Source: Coniocarpon cinnabarinum (taxonomy: Eukaryota). Taken from it: 41,979 nt of DNA. The translations under genes and the position numbers were made by a program. Numbering within the stretch: position 1 is the stretch's first letter; every line of letters begins with the position of its first letter. The stretch covers positions 248,001-289,979 of the forward strand of contig JAVECO010000004.1 in the NCBI GenBank assembly GCA_051942205.1, in the 5' to 3' direction. Below the pieces are notes generated by a model that was given only the letters and a program-made list of their open reading frames with translations, was not told the origin of the DNA and made no database searches. This document shows positions 1 to 12,410 of the stretch, in pieces.

Positions 1-1819
1 TTGTTACCGGTTGACGACAGGCCACCTCGTGGAAAACTTCCACGCACCTGGCGTCGCGCGAGCAACAATGATTTTCTTTACTCTGACGAGTCTTCAGTAC
101 ATGACTCTCCGTCGCCCCAAATGTCGGTTAAAAAGCCGGCATTGCACAGTCCTGGAGTAATGATGACGCCAAAATATCCCAGTCTCTTTCACCGACTTGG
201 GTTGGTCTCTCAAGCCAACACAGCAGGAGTGTCGGACCAGACTCGTGCAGACGGTATAGACCGGTCAGCTGAAAAAGGTACTGCTGGCAACGTTGAGACG
301 GTAAGTCCACCAACGCTGTGTCGTGCACATTTGGAACCATCACAAATGATGGTTCTGGTAAGATACCGCATGTGAACTCGTTACGATATTGCACTGGTTT
401 TGAGGAGACAGGAACGAAGCCTACGGAGAACACACACTGACATTCGCGTTCCAGGAATCCGACAATTCAGATCAAAGCAATTATCGCCCGCAAACGCCAC
501 CACTCGATGCTCAGCCGTGCAAGTCAATCCTCAGTAGCCCATATCGACGTTCTGTCAGTCCTGTGAAATCAGTCACATGGAGAGGAGACGATAGCCTTGA
601 GGAGACTCGAGTTGATAGTACCGAATATGTTGACCAGTACTCGTCGCAGCTAGCTGAACATGATGTCACAACCACTCGCACCTATGACAAACAAGGCGAG
701 GGGCCAGATGATGATGATTCTGACGATGAAGACGTTCACCACGCAATCACTACAGACGACGGTGGCGCTCATCGCTCATCTCGCACTTCACTAGGCAGTC
801 ATAATTTTGATGACTCCAACCTAGCGGATGGCGAAGAAACATTGGATGCCACGGAGCTAGTCTCATCTCCGTTGAATGCTAAAGCTCCATCACAGCGGTT
901 TGCTCGAGGCACGGCTGTGACACCAGTTTCCAATTCGACATTCTCTCTTCCCGAGTCTGCGCCATCAGATGACACTGACATCCCTATCCATGCGACTGCC
1001 ATGTCACACCAAGCGTCCGCACGAAAGCCTCAATTACCGAATACGTCACTTCCGAATGAGAAGCACAACAACTCTCAGGGCATACTCTCTCGTATCTCAT
1101 CCCTCTTCTTCGGTGCATCGGTATCTACAACTGTTGATCCCAAAGCTCCGCAACCGGGTCCACATGTATGGACATACCAGCACCAACTCCTTCTGAATCA
1201 GCTCTTCGTCTACCTACCTTGCCTTCGCCCGGACATACCCTTTACTTACAATCCCAGAGCCGAAGATTACCATTTGAATCTCATTCAACCACTGCCCCAA
1301 AACACGAGGGTCCTTCCCTTGGCCTTCTTTGTTCACCTCGATCAGATCCCCACCGACTTGACGAGAGAAATCGGGAAGACGTACCAAACCATCCCCCATT
1401 GTGACCGTGGACCCACGTGTGGCCCTAATTGCCCCGGCGTGCCGTGGTGGCTCCGCTTGCGAATTTACAGTCACACCATCACACAAACCGACGTCCGTCT
1501 GGCATTTGCCCTCAACGTCCTCTTCAAATTCAAGGGCATGCCCGTCTACGACGGTCCCACATGGCAACCCGCCGAGCGCAAGAAAGTACTCCGAGACGCT
1601 AGTGGTGCTGTGATGATCAGAAAAGAAGACTGGGACACGCCCAAGCTGCGGAAACGGTTGTTGTGGAATGTCTTTGGGGGTTGGGTGCAGAGACAGATGG
1701 ACGCGGATGAGGGACGGGCGACGATTGGAGATGCCGAGTTGAGGGAGATGATGGAGAAGGAGGATGAGAATGATCGTGTTGCGAGGTTGTGGAGGGAGCG
1801 TGATTATTTTGGCTTCTGA
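1..1819 (+). CDS. Hypothetical protein, 5' part uncertain or outside the window; disordered Ser/Asp-rich region followed by a globular-looking C-terminal domain
   Basis: ORF 563-1819 is open in frame back to ~404; frame-1 ORF 1-375 has donor-like GTAAGT (301) and GTAAGA (358), so it may be an upstream exon. No family motif recognised. Confidence 0.6.
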
Positions 1820-4800
1820 CACGAGTGCACTGTTCTGATCTCTGAGTGGCTGGGCTTGTGGGGATGGGGGTGTGACTTTCTTTTGTAGCAGCGGGTGCAC
1901 GCGTCACGGCTTCGATTTACGGCCGCTTTGCGTTTGTCCATCTCTCACGTATGATACCCTTGTATAGATGACTAGCTAATGAGTTTTGTTATGGTGGTGA
2001 TTTGTGCTAGCAGCTTACATTATGCCCTGTGTCTAATTCGTGTCACATACATGCGGGTCTCTTGCCCACTCGTCCGGCGATCTACTGTATGCAAGTTATG
2101 CAAGACTACTAGTTATTCCGACGCTGTGGGAATGACTCCATAAACAACATGACCAAGTTCAGATCGGCACTCAGCCGTGCGTGATCGTATTCATCGTTAT
2201 CTGAAGACGTGATCGAGATTTTGTCATGACGGCAACTCGCCGTCCTCGGGTCGCAAAGGGCTTGCGCCGTTATACTAATAGCCGCATGACTCCGAATTTA
2301 CTTATGGTGCCGGCTCATTCACCGGACGGAGATCGGGCAACGATTTCTGTCTGTAATCATTGTGGGGTTACGAGTGGTGCAAAACTTATCTAGAAGAACT
2401 CGCTACTCGTCAAAAGGAGAGAGTACGACTAGGTGTTGATTGACTGGGTCACATCTTGACGAAACGACTGTGATGTCTTGACGTTGTGGCTGCGAGTGAC
2501 GAGTTGGTCCCCTATTGGATATGGTGTTGAATGTGATTCGTGAATCGGTATGTAATTTCGATTTCTTTACAGATTATAAATTCACATCCTCGAGGCAATA
2601 AGAAGGCCGCAGAAACGTATAATGGAGGTTGAGAGTGATGTGTGAATCTTGATGAGTTCACCGTTCCCCTCTTTCTCTCGTATGCGAGGAATTGCCTGCC
2701 CTTTTTTTAAAAAGTGAGATATTGGCCGGTCGCCTCCTTCACATGAATTCTCGATTATGCCAGTTGGAAGCACAAATAATGCAAGGTACGAGCTATCGTG
2801 ACGCAAGAGCTACAGCGCTAATATACTTCTGCATTTCCAAGATTTTCCAAGATTTTGTCGAAATCTCTGATTGGAGTTAGATTCTGGAGTAAATACTAGA
2901 TGAGCTTTTGCTTGAGCAAATTATGACTACAGAAGATTTTTGAGGACGCTTTTAGAATGGTTTCTAATCTGCGTCATGACTTATGCGACCCAATCTAGGA
3001 CGGCTTCGCTTGCTGGGATATTTATAGTCGTTCGTTGACCTATGGTCTCATGGAATCGAGCAATCACTCTGATTCTGGTCAGAGTGCTCGCGCATCAGAA
3101 CAGGCTAGAAAATTATGAAGGGGCTTTGAAGAATTTCGTTGTCTCCAGTTGCCGTTTGTTGCGCGTAAGCTTTGGTAATTGATATGCAGTGTATTGCTGC
3201 ATGCACATCGACAGTGAGATGATTCCCCCAGACGGTGCTTTTGGTCGAGAAAATTCTTATAAGAGAAATGGACAAAGATGAAGCAAGATGGATGGGCGTA
3301 CTGGAAATAGTAGGTTGCTAGCAATCTGCAGCTATCCTCTTTCCACTTTCGGGATCTTCGCATGACGAGACACTGCGGAATTTATACGCTAGGAAAATTG
3401 CTGAGAACAATCATGTGGACAAGTTTCACAAGCATAGTATTCGTAAGCAACGTTGAGCTATCGAAATCACTGAGATTTCTCATCTCTCTCAATCAAGAGC
3501 AAGACGATGTGTTTAAAGGAAGCAGATATTGTGGATATCTGCACACGGTTGAAATTCTGATGTAAGGCGGCTTTGTTATCGCGGAAATATGCAAAGCTGG
3601 AACGGCACGGCATGGACGACTTGATCCACGGCGGAGCTGAAAAAAGGTCTGGTGCATGGGATCGAGAGACCAGATTGTGAGGGGAAAGGAAGACACGCAG
3701 GAAAACGTTATAAATCGGTGCGGAAGTCTTCATCGTGGCATAATTGCAGGGGTTGGATTCGGATCTCTCCACGTCGAGCTTCGTAGATGGGAAGGCTACT
3801 GAGAAGACCTCAGGGGTCAAGGGAAATGCAGGCAGAAATCATGTTAGCGCAGTGGAGCTGTATCTCATAGATTTTATATGAAATGGACTGGCATTTAGTC
3901 ATCGGCGGGTCAGTTGGATTCTCTTTTTGAATTATGGCTGCTCAAGCGAATCACCAACTTTCATCAGCACTGGTTATGTGCGTGTGCTACATTCGGCAAG
4001 GCACCCCCTCAAGCTTCACAGGAAGCAGCCACGCTTCATAGAGCGTTGGACGCCGGGGGCTCTGTCCGTTGTGCAATATGGTTCAATGGCCATCTCATGT
4101 GCGCTGCCCGCATCTCGCTTGCGGTAGCGAAGGTGGACAGAGACTGCCTCATGAGCCTTTGTGGATTTATTTCTTGGCATGATTGTGGGCTCTAGGGTCC
4201 TTCGGCTTGTTCTGTAAATTCGGGATATGGCGTCAGTGCGGATGAAAAGGACTGCCGCATGCTTGCTAGATTTCCTTGTGCGTTGACCGACCTTTTTTTC
4301 GGATCAACATGAAGAGTTACATTTAGGAAAGTTGAACGCCCCACCAATGTTGCGGAAGTCAGCGGAAAGAAAAACCAGCGAAGACGACGTGTCAGTATTA
4401 ATGTCCTTGGGGCGCGTTAATGAATCGAGACGTATATACGACCTACAATCATGCCTGAGACACTGCCGTTCTTCCGTGCGTGTACAGACCCAACTTCAGA
4501 CAGGACCCAATGGCATTACCGAAGCCTGGTCGTGAGTGCAGCCCAGAGACTGCAGACCGATGACAGTTTCAGCGTTTAGACATCTGAGCCTGTATGTCAA
4601 GATCCGCATGGGATTGATGAGCCGAGAGGATGTTCCGCAATTCCAATGTTCGCCCGTGTCCAGTTTCACGTGGGTCCAACACCCCGAGCCGCTCTGCATT
4701 GTATTGGGAAGCCAACAAACATGTTTGCAGTTCTAATGCTTGATGAAGACTCTTGGCTTGATGTGCTTCAGTATTGCTCCACAACGAGCGATTGGCCCTT

Positions 4801-6100
4801 TATGCGACCTGTCAGACGGATATCGTGCCGAGGCGGCTCATGGGATATTCTCTGCTGTCATCGCGCAGTGCTTCAATGCCTGGCAGGATGCGAGATACGG
4901 GAGTCACATAATCAGCACTATAAGGCTAATCGGCCTTACTCAGTAGTTTATCATGTCGAAATGTATGGATGGTGACCAGTCATTGTCCAGAGCTACATGT
5001 ACAGGCATTGGCAAGATGGGCAGCACGTGGCGAGTGGCCTCATCAAGGCACCAACGCACCTGCTTTGGTAAGGAACCCGACGAAGCTACAACAACGCGGC
5101 GGATGCAGTTTTACGTGGGCTTGGCTGCTATAGGTGATTGTTGGCGTGGAACAGAACACGCTTATTCACTCCGAGCGTGGCGAGGTTCTCCGTTTGCCAA
5201 GACATCGATCGAAACGCTTGGCGAGTGTACATCTTATCCTGTTCAGGCAATTTTCGCGATAGTCGCAGTGCCGCAGTGCCGCAGTCCCGTGAGGAATCCC
5301 GAGGACGGGGAGGATTCCCCGACAGGCGACGTCGACCCTAGGCTGCGACTTCTTTCGATGGCTTTTCCGTGCGTTCGTCATCCAGCAACTGCGCAGGCTA
5401 TCAAGTCGTGGGTCGACTTGAAGCGGGAAAGCGCCGTGCCAAGCTTTTCAATGCTTGAATAAAATCGGTTCGGCACCGTCTTGACCTCCTTCACTACTTG
5501 CTATACTGCCTTATTTGTGTTCTCAAAGATGCCATTATAGGTATGCCTTGGAATATGTGAGTTACATCCGTCCCGCGACCAACTGCTTCAGCTGCGTCCT
5601 CGCGAGTGTGACGTCCTTGGTGAATTTTCAGCGTGTCCATCTTTGCATTTGTGAGGAACTTGAAGACCATTGGAGAGGTGGACCCTGGTCAGCAAGCCCT
5701 CCTTGATCTGTGATTTGATGAGTATAAAAAATCGACAGGGCGTAACACGAAGTTTCTTTGTCAACGCACATGCCCCATCTCGTTTCATCCCCGTGACGAT
5801 CCTCCACGTTCAGTGGAGATTGGGTCAGCGTATCGGCCTCGAATGTAGTCTGCTCTTGGCCTCCACATTAGCTTTGTGGAGACTTCAGCTTCTTTCCGTT
5901 TCTACTTTTCATTTGAATCTCAATGTTGGCCTGTTTGGACCACTGGCGCAATGCAACAAAAACTAGTAAATCAATGGCCGACCATCGCCGGCCGTGACCG
6001 AGCAAAAAACACGGCACACAGCGATCACGAATTATGCGAGGGCCGTATTACCGTCTGATTTTAAAGATCGATGCTTGCCCAAGAAATGAGCATCGAAGGA

Positions 6101-6108
6101 TATATAAG
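6101..6108 (+). promoter_or_regulatory. Candidate TATA box of the small secreted protein gene
   Basis: TATATAAG about 110 nt upstream of ATG 6218. Confidence 0.5.
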
Positions 6109-6217
6109 AGTCCTCCTCGCCGACCCATTTGACCACAGCAACCCAGCAAATCAGCAGAACTCATTAAACAAAGTCCAAGACACTCTATTCCAAGTTCACC
6201 CTACTAAACCAATCATA

Positions 6218-6682
6218 ATGCAATTTCCCACCCCCATTCTGGCCACCGGCCTCACAGCCCTCACTCTCCTCTCAAAGATCCAAGCGGCATCATTCTACCT
6301 CATAACTGACGACCACGCCATCGCCTTCCCCGAACAAGGCTCCGCCCAAGTCACCGACATCTTTGAAGCCTTCGACGACGACAACAGCGCCCTCTGCGAC
6401 TCCGCCTCCCAAGGCCTCGAATGCACCTCCGACGGCAGCGACGGCGCCAGCTGCTCCTTTACCTACACGGGCGCGGTCAACGCCTGGAACAACAAGGATT
6501 TGACCGGCACGTTTAAGACGCATGATTCCGGCTTCTCGGTCGCCAGTGGTTCGATTACGCTTCCCGGCGCGGCTCCCATTGAGGTTGAGAATGATAATAG
6601 GTGTGAGCCTTATACTTGTGCGGTTACCGGGTTTGGGACGCAGTCGAATTACAAGGGATTCCGCTGCGTGTTTGATATCTAA
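6218..6682 (+). CDS. Small secreted cysteine-rich protein (154 aa, effector-like)
   Basis: Internal ATG 6218 (ATAATG context) starts MQFPTPILATGLTALTLLSKIQAA, a signal-peptide-like sequence; 6 Cys in the mature part; C-rich third codon positions; single exon. Confidence 0.8.
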   Translation: MQFPTPILATGLTALTLLSKIQAASFYLITDDHAIAFPEQGSAQVTDIFEAFDDDNSALCDSASQGLECTSDGSDGASCSFTYTGAVNAWNNKDLTGTFKTHDSGFSVASGSITLPGAAPIEVENDNRCEPYTCAVTGFGTQSNYKGFRCVFDI

Positions 6683-7555
6683 GCCTCATTTCAGATGAGG
6701 AAGGCTGCGTTCTTTGCTCACATATTGAGCTCGAGAGATGCGGGGGTGGGAAACAGCAGGGAAGGGGAGGAAATTGTACACGCTTCAAACTTTCTTTTAT
6801 CCTTTTGAATTTCATTCATAAAAGCATACACATTTGTACGAGCATGCAGTCCATACTGAACTCGCAAAGCAATGTGACAGCCTCGCTCATGAAATGCAGT
6901 GATTAGCTTTTGAGCAAGGTGCAGCTAATACAGCTTTTAGTAATACACCCCACAGTCCCCATCAAGCCAACTCAACGCCACTTCAAGTTCCTACAGGATT
7001 CTTGTACAAATCCAGCTCAGCTAGACAGCAGCCTCGACTGCGCTCCTGAGCAATTTCATGATTCGATGCGAGGCATCATGAATTATAATCAACGCTTGAC
7101 GCTGATAAGCTCAGCCAATAGCCGGGCTTGACTTGCATCGAAGTAAAGAAGCAAAGCAGCATAAGATTGGTCAGTGTCTTGCATGTGCATGTCATCGCCC
7201 CTGTTGTAGAGTCGAGAGAGAGGGCGATGCTTCTGCCTGCTGAGTGTGTGCCTACTTTGCACTGCCCTAGCATTTTGAAGCCACCACATCAGCCCTTTCA
7301 AACACGTGACCTGCTCATCAATTGACTTGCATGCAGTGATTCGAGCTCACGAGATGAGCAATGCTTTTGCAATATGCCAGCATGATTTATTCTGCCTGGA
7401 AAATTTGTGATCACAAAGCGCATGACGCACTACCATTTCCAGTCCATCTCGGAGCCTATCTCTGACTCGCACTCGCACCCGACGCCTCGCGCTATGCTCA
7501 TGTTCGTGAATCATATCTGTGGGTCGTCCCAACGCCGCTGCATCGTCTGCTTCCC

Positions 7556-10500
7556 CTAGAAGCTCGTCCCCGTCATATCCCTTAGTTCATTGGGGACCTC
7601 CCAACCATGCGTCCGACATGCCCGGATATAGGCATCCACCGCCTCGCCAACGCCATACTCACCTCCCTTCTTCTTTCCACTGGCACCGCCTCGAGCCACA
7701 CATTCGAGACGGGCGGGTCGCGGATCTGTGCTCATGAGCGCCATGCGAACCTGCAGGAGGACGCTCTCAATCGAATATGCGACGCTCCAGCCCGAACTCG
7801 TAAGCAGGTCCATGCAAATCGATCCACCAGCTGTGACGTGGCCTCCTCCTCCAAGCTGGAAGGCCAGGAAGCGAGGCGTGATGACCCGCAAGAAAGGCGG
7901 TGAGAACGGGAAGCTTGCGCTGAAGCGCATCTCAAATGTGATTGCATCGATGCCTGCCTTTTGCATGTCCTGACCCAGCGGAATGTCAAGAGGGAAGGAG
8001 TGCATGTCAATGATCCACTGATACAAATTGTCAGACGCCTCCAGATGCTGCACATCAAGATACCATCCCAGCTCTGCAAGAGTCTTATGCTTGATGTGGC
8101 TCTCCTGAGTCTTGACTACCTCACGGAAGGCCTTTTGGATTGTCATCGTCGCCTTTGGGGTAGCGTATGATGGCGGAGGCATTGTTGGAATTTGCCCAGC
8201 GACACTATGTGGTTTATATGCCGTGACAGGGGTGGATGAAACTTTTGCGCTCCGTGGCGGTGTCGGTGGTCGGTCAGCGGGCGATGGGGTAGCTAGCTCA
8301 CTAAGCAATGCGCGATCTTCTGCTACCGTCGACATTGAAGCTGTGTCAGAACCAGGAGACTTTTCTGCCAGACCTTTGCCGCCAGATGGACTTCGCTTCG
8401 AAGCACTGGCCATTTTAGAGAGAAGACTCGTTTTCTTGTTGTGTTTAAATAAAGACTCAGTGGTGAGCTTAGACTGCGGTTTCTTGCCTGACTTAGCATT
8501 GTCTTGAACTTCGCCTTTCGGTCGACGAGTTTTGGGAATTGCACTGAGCGGTATCGACAACGGACCTTTCGGGCCGTGCGCGACTCGTGCAGGATCTTGA
8601 GGTAGTATCCCTCCTTGACCATTTGTGGAAGGCATGGTGACGTTCTCCAAGGGCTTGACGAACAGATAGCGTGTTTGGATCCAGTCTGTGTACTGAACCA
8701 CATAATAGGGTTGGTGAGACACGAAGCGCGTAGGCGCGTTGACTATTTCATTCAGAGCCTGGAACGTACATGTTAGTAAATTAAACATTCCTCAGATATT
8801 ACTTATGCGCTACTGACCATCGCCGTATTGGCTTTCAGCACACTCTGTGGCCAGATTCCACCTTGTCGAGCATTGAAAGGGGGAGGATTCATGCCATAGG
8901 AACCAGTATAGCCCGTGCTGACGGTCCAGTCCGATGCATGGTAGCAGCCATGGCCGTGCGCACGACCATGAAGCGTCTCCTTGAAGTCCAGACCTTCACG
9001 TATGATGCTGTGCCAGTTGGAGAGTGGACTCCCGTGCCAAGCAAAGAGCGAGGGATATTGAGAATTTCCGTCGCCTAGAGAGTCGATGAAGCGTTGTTCC
9101 TTGTCTGGCGCTCCCATTGCGAATCGGAATTGGACCCAACCTTCCAGACCTTCAACACGCTGCTCTCCCTTCTTTTCCTTTAAAAGCAGGCTGACATCTT
9201 CTCCTTTCGTGGCTTTCTTGTATTGATCGAAATCATCGACTTGCATGATACAAGCCCTGTTGGACGCGATTATCCATCGAAGAATACCGACACAGGCATC
9301 TGGCAGTCTCGAAGACCAATCTTGTATGGTTGAGCCAGGATTTGACCGCAGAAACTGTTGCATTTCCCAGACGCTCGGGAGAAGATCCATCAATAGCTTC
9401 ATCGCGGCTCGCTTCTCTGACGTCGAGAGGTCGTCAAAATTATGCTCGTAGATTGAAAATTCGATGGGCTCCCAGTCTGTAGAAGTTGGCTTTGATTGCT
9501 CGTCGGTGTCATTGGTCAAAGGATCTGAGAAACTGCGATGGTCAACGGCTACTACCCTATAGAGATATCAGTCAACATTAGAGTGCACTGCGCGGTAGTA
9601 AAAACCTGGTCCGCACCTTGTCTTTTCCAGGGAAACAGTAGGATGCATTACATCCGACACTCGGCAGTGCCATGGGTTTCCCGTCTTGAAGTTGATGACA
9701 ATCCACTTGCCACGATGAAGCGGGCATGATTCACTATCAAAGAGCAGCTGCATCTCTTGACGGTTCAACCGCGCTTTGAACTTTTTAAAAGGCCCTATGC
9801 GCGATTTCGTGTCGTTCTCTTGGCCATCTGTCATTGGTTTGTAGTCTGAACGCGCTGTCGTCAGCATATGATTGATCTGTCTGGCTAGAAGAGGAAGAGG
9901 TCAATGCTCTTCCGCCAACGAGAATCAATGTGTCTGGAAGACGGCGCTGTGGACGGCTATTCTCTATCTCCATGAATTTAAAATGGTGTCAACTTACAGT
10001 TGTATGGCTGTGATTCACGTTTGTCCACATAGCCCAACGCTTGAGGATGAGGAACCGTCCACTCGAGCCCCACAGGATGTTCACGAAGTCTAGAAGCCGA
10101 TGTACTGGAGTAGCAAAAATTGATCAAAATGTCCACAACGAAGGGTTGAGCAAGGATCTCATGCTCCATGCTTGGTCCGAAACCTGCGAAGGTACGTCAG
10201 TAATGCATTAAGGATAGTCAAGCGACTTTGAAAGGTGACTTTCAGCAAGGATATACTGACCCAGCTTCATGTACTGGAAAAGGCACAAGGGTTTCTCGCA
10301 CACGTAAGGCTTGAGTGCTTCCAGCTGATTGTCAAGCTTAGTATGGCATACTAAACAGAACTCGGTGCAGCGAACAAAGTGGCGGAGAAGGAGCTGCATG
10401 GCTACCAGCGGAAATGACAGCTGGGATACAGCTTTCACATTGTCCATCTCGTCTTCCATGACCAGTTGTGGATAGTTGCTGCGTGGAACGTCGCTGGCTA

Positions 10501-11724
10501 TGTACTCTTGTGTACGAGCGGGGCGTTTGTGATCCTGAGCGCCAATTTGATATTGGAAATGTTTCTCCGCGCCATGCCATGAAATGTGGAAGTTCATCCT
10601 GAGGCTGATTAAATGCAGCAGCCGATCGTTGAGTAATTCAGCCATCGGTCGAGAAATGAACGTTTCTCTGACCCGTGCAATAGACCCCACAAGGGTCTGA
10701 GTCCCGGATTCGGGTTTGAAGAGCGCTTTCGCATCGGCCAGTGACGGGGGTTTGTAGAAGTCACAAACGCCGATTCTCATATCTACATCGCGACGAGCTT
10801 GTTGATGGGGAACTGAAATCAGGGCTTCAAGGTCTTTGTAGCCACTTGGAAAGTGAAAGACCAGCATCAGATATTCCATTGGGTCAAGTCCTGCGGTGAT
10901 CAAAAGTCAGTGGAATGATTTTTCACTGATTATTGTTGAGCTGGAAGAAGACTTGAAAGCCACATGGGCTTAATGCGCTGCAACACAGGAGAATTCTAAG
11001 ATATGGGTAGAAGGAAAGAATAAAGAGAGTCAAGGAACCTACCCCACGCCTGCATCGCTTCTTCCGAAATCCCTAGCTTGGCGACGCGGCATGACAAGCT
11101 CAAGTAGCAAGCATTGCCTGGAGAAAGATAGCCCTGCGATCCAATCCTGAAGCCAGCAGCTTTAGCAGTGAGCAGATCATTGCGACCGCGCTGTGAAATC
11201 ACGCTGGGGGCTGCTTCAGAAGGGCGCCGCGGGGTTTTCGCAGTAGGAATGTGTGCGAAGTCGTCGTAGTCATCTTGGGCCCAATCTTCGTTGTCGCCGT
11301 CATCAAGAACTTCATCTTCGTCTGACATAGAAGGGGCGCCTGTAGAGGTACCTGTAAAGATGGCGTCTCCGTCGTCGTCAATCTCAAAGGGATCTACACT
11401 TGTGCCGGTAGCCAGCGCGTTTTTGATGTGTTTAGAGAGGATGTGCAGTAGCTGTGGTATGGATTTGCGGTCGACCTCTGGGTGGGTTTGGAGGGCCTCT
11501 GAAATAGCGGGAGGAGTGTCGTCAGTAGCGAAAAGCATGTATGTGTGAGACTTCGGATATTCTGAGACATCCGGCACCATAGCAGTAATGGAGCCAGAAA
11601 GACCTGAGCTGGCAACAAAGGTGAATGCGAGCTCTCCATCTTCAGCTGAACGAATCTGCTCAATATGGGGCACATCCAGATATTGGGCGTTAGCTACATC
11701 ATTCAGATAATCCTTGCGGCCCAT
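7556..11724 (-). CDS. PARP6/8-like (clade 6) mono-ADP-ribosyltransferase fused to a C-terminal UBE2Q-like ubiquitin-conjugating domain; 6 exons (11724-11043, 10890-10261, 10183-9998, 9845-9617, 9556-8818, 8758-7556)
   Basis: GT-AG introns join the ORF pieces in frame. Motifs: Cys cluster FCLVCH...PYVCEKPLCLF, catalytic FAWHGSPLSNWHSIIREGL...HGRAHGHGCYHA...YYVVQ...TRYLF, and UBC FPFSPPFLRVITPRF...GGHVTAGGSICMDLLTSSGWS. Confidence 0.9.
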
Positions 11725-12410
11725 GGCGGACAGGGTTTCTCAGAGGAGTCGCTTGCTTGAGCGAGAGTGACGAAAGTCAGTGGGTAATCAAGGCATGTGA
11801 AGTTAGTAGCGAAGTCAAAGATGACGGAGCTGCAGTGAGTGAGCAACACAGAATGAACGTTGCACCCCAGATGAGTTGCAAGGTATGCAGAAAACGGTTT
11901 GCCAAAATGATGAGGAAATTCGTTAGACCACACGGTAACGATTGACGCTGTATGTAGGCGGAGACGAGGCAATGCAGACATCCGCAGTCATTCGAGGTGA
12001 AAGAAGCAAGCAAACGAGGAAGGCATAGTAGGCAGCAACAACTTAGCACAAGGAAAGATGACTGGCTGAGTCTCGTGCATGTGGTTACTGGGCCGACCAG
12101 CCTTGGATTTCGTGGCACCGCAGCTTCAGCAAACGTCAATCCAGCGAAAAGGTTCTCATGCACCGCAAAATAGCACCGAACAACACAGCCTTGCGGTGGA
12201 ATGAAATACTGGGAGGTCAAAGAGACAGCGAGCCGCTATTTACGCGTGAGCGCGTCAGATGGAATTTGGTGCCTCAGATCTCAGGCAACAGAATCCTCAC
12301 TAGTGGTCTACCTCGCGTCCTTGAGGTGAAACCACATTAAGAACTGTTCAAGGATCGCTGATTTCCGACTCGGTCCTCGGTCTACCTTGCCATCGCTCAG
12401 CTTGTCTGGC

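Noticed and set aside
4330..5970. Cluster of short ORFs up to 169 aa
   Set aside because: No motifs, no evident coding bias and no coherent exon chain
9846..11042. Two PARP-E2 introns are both 152 nt and contain short hairpins
   Set aside because: No sequence similarity between them and no convincing C/D or H/ACA boxes; probably coincidence
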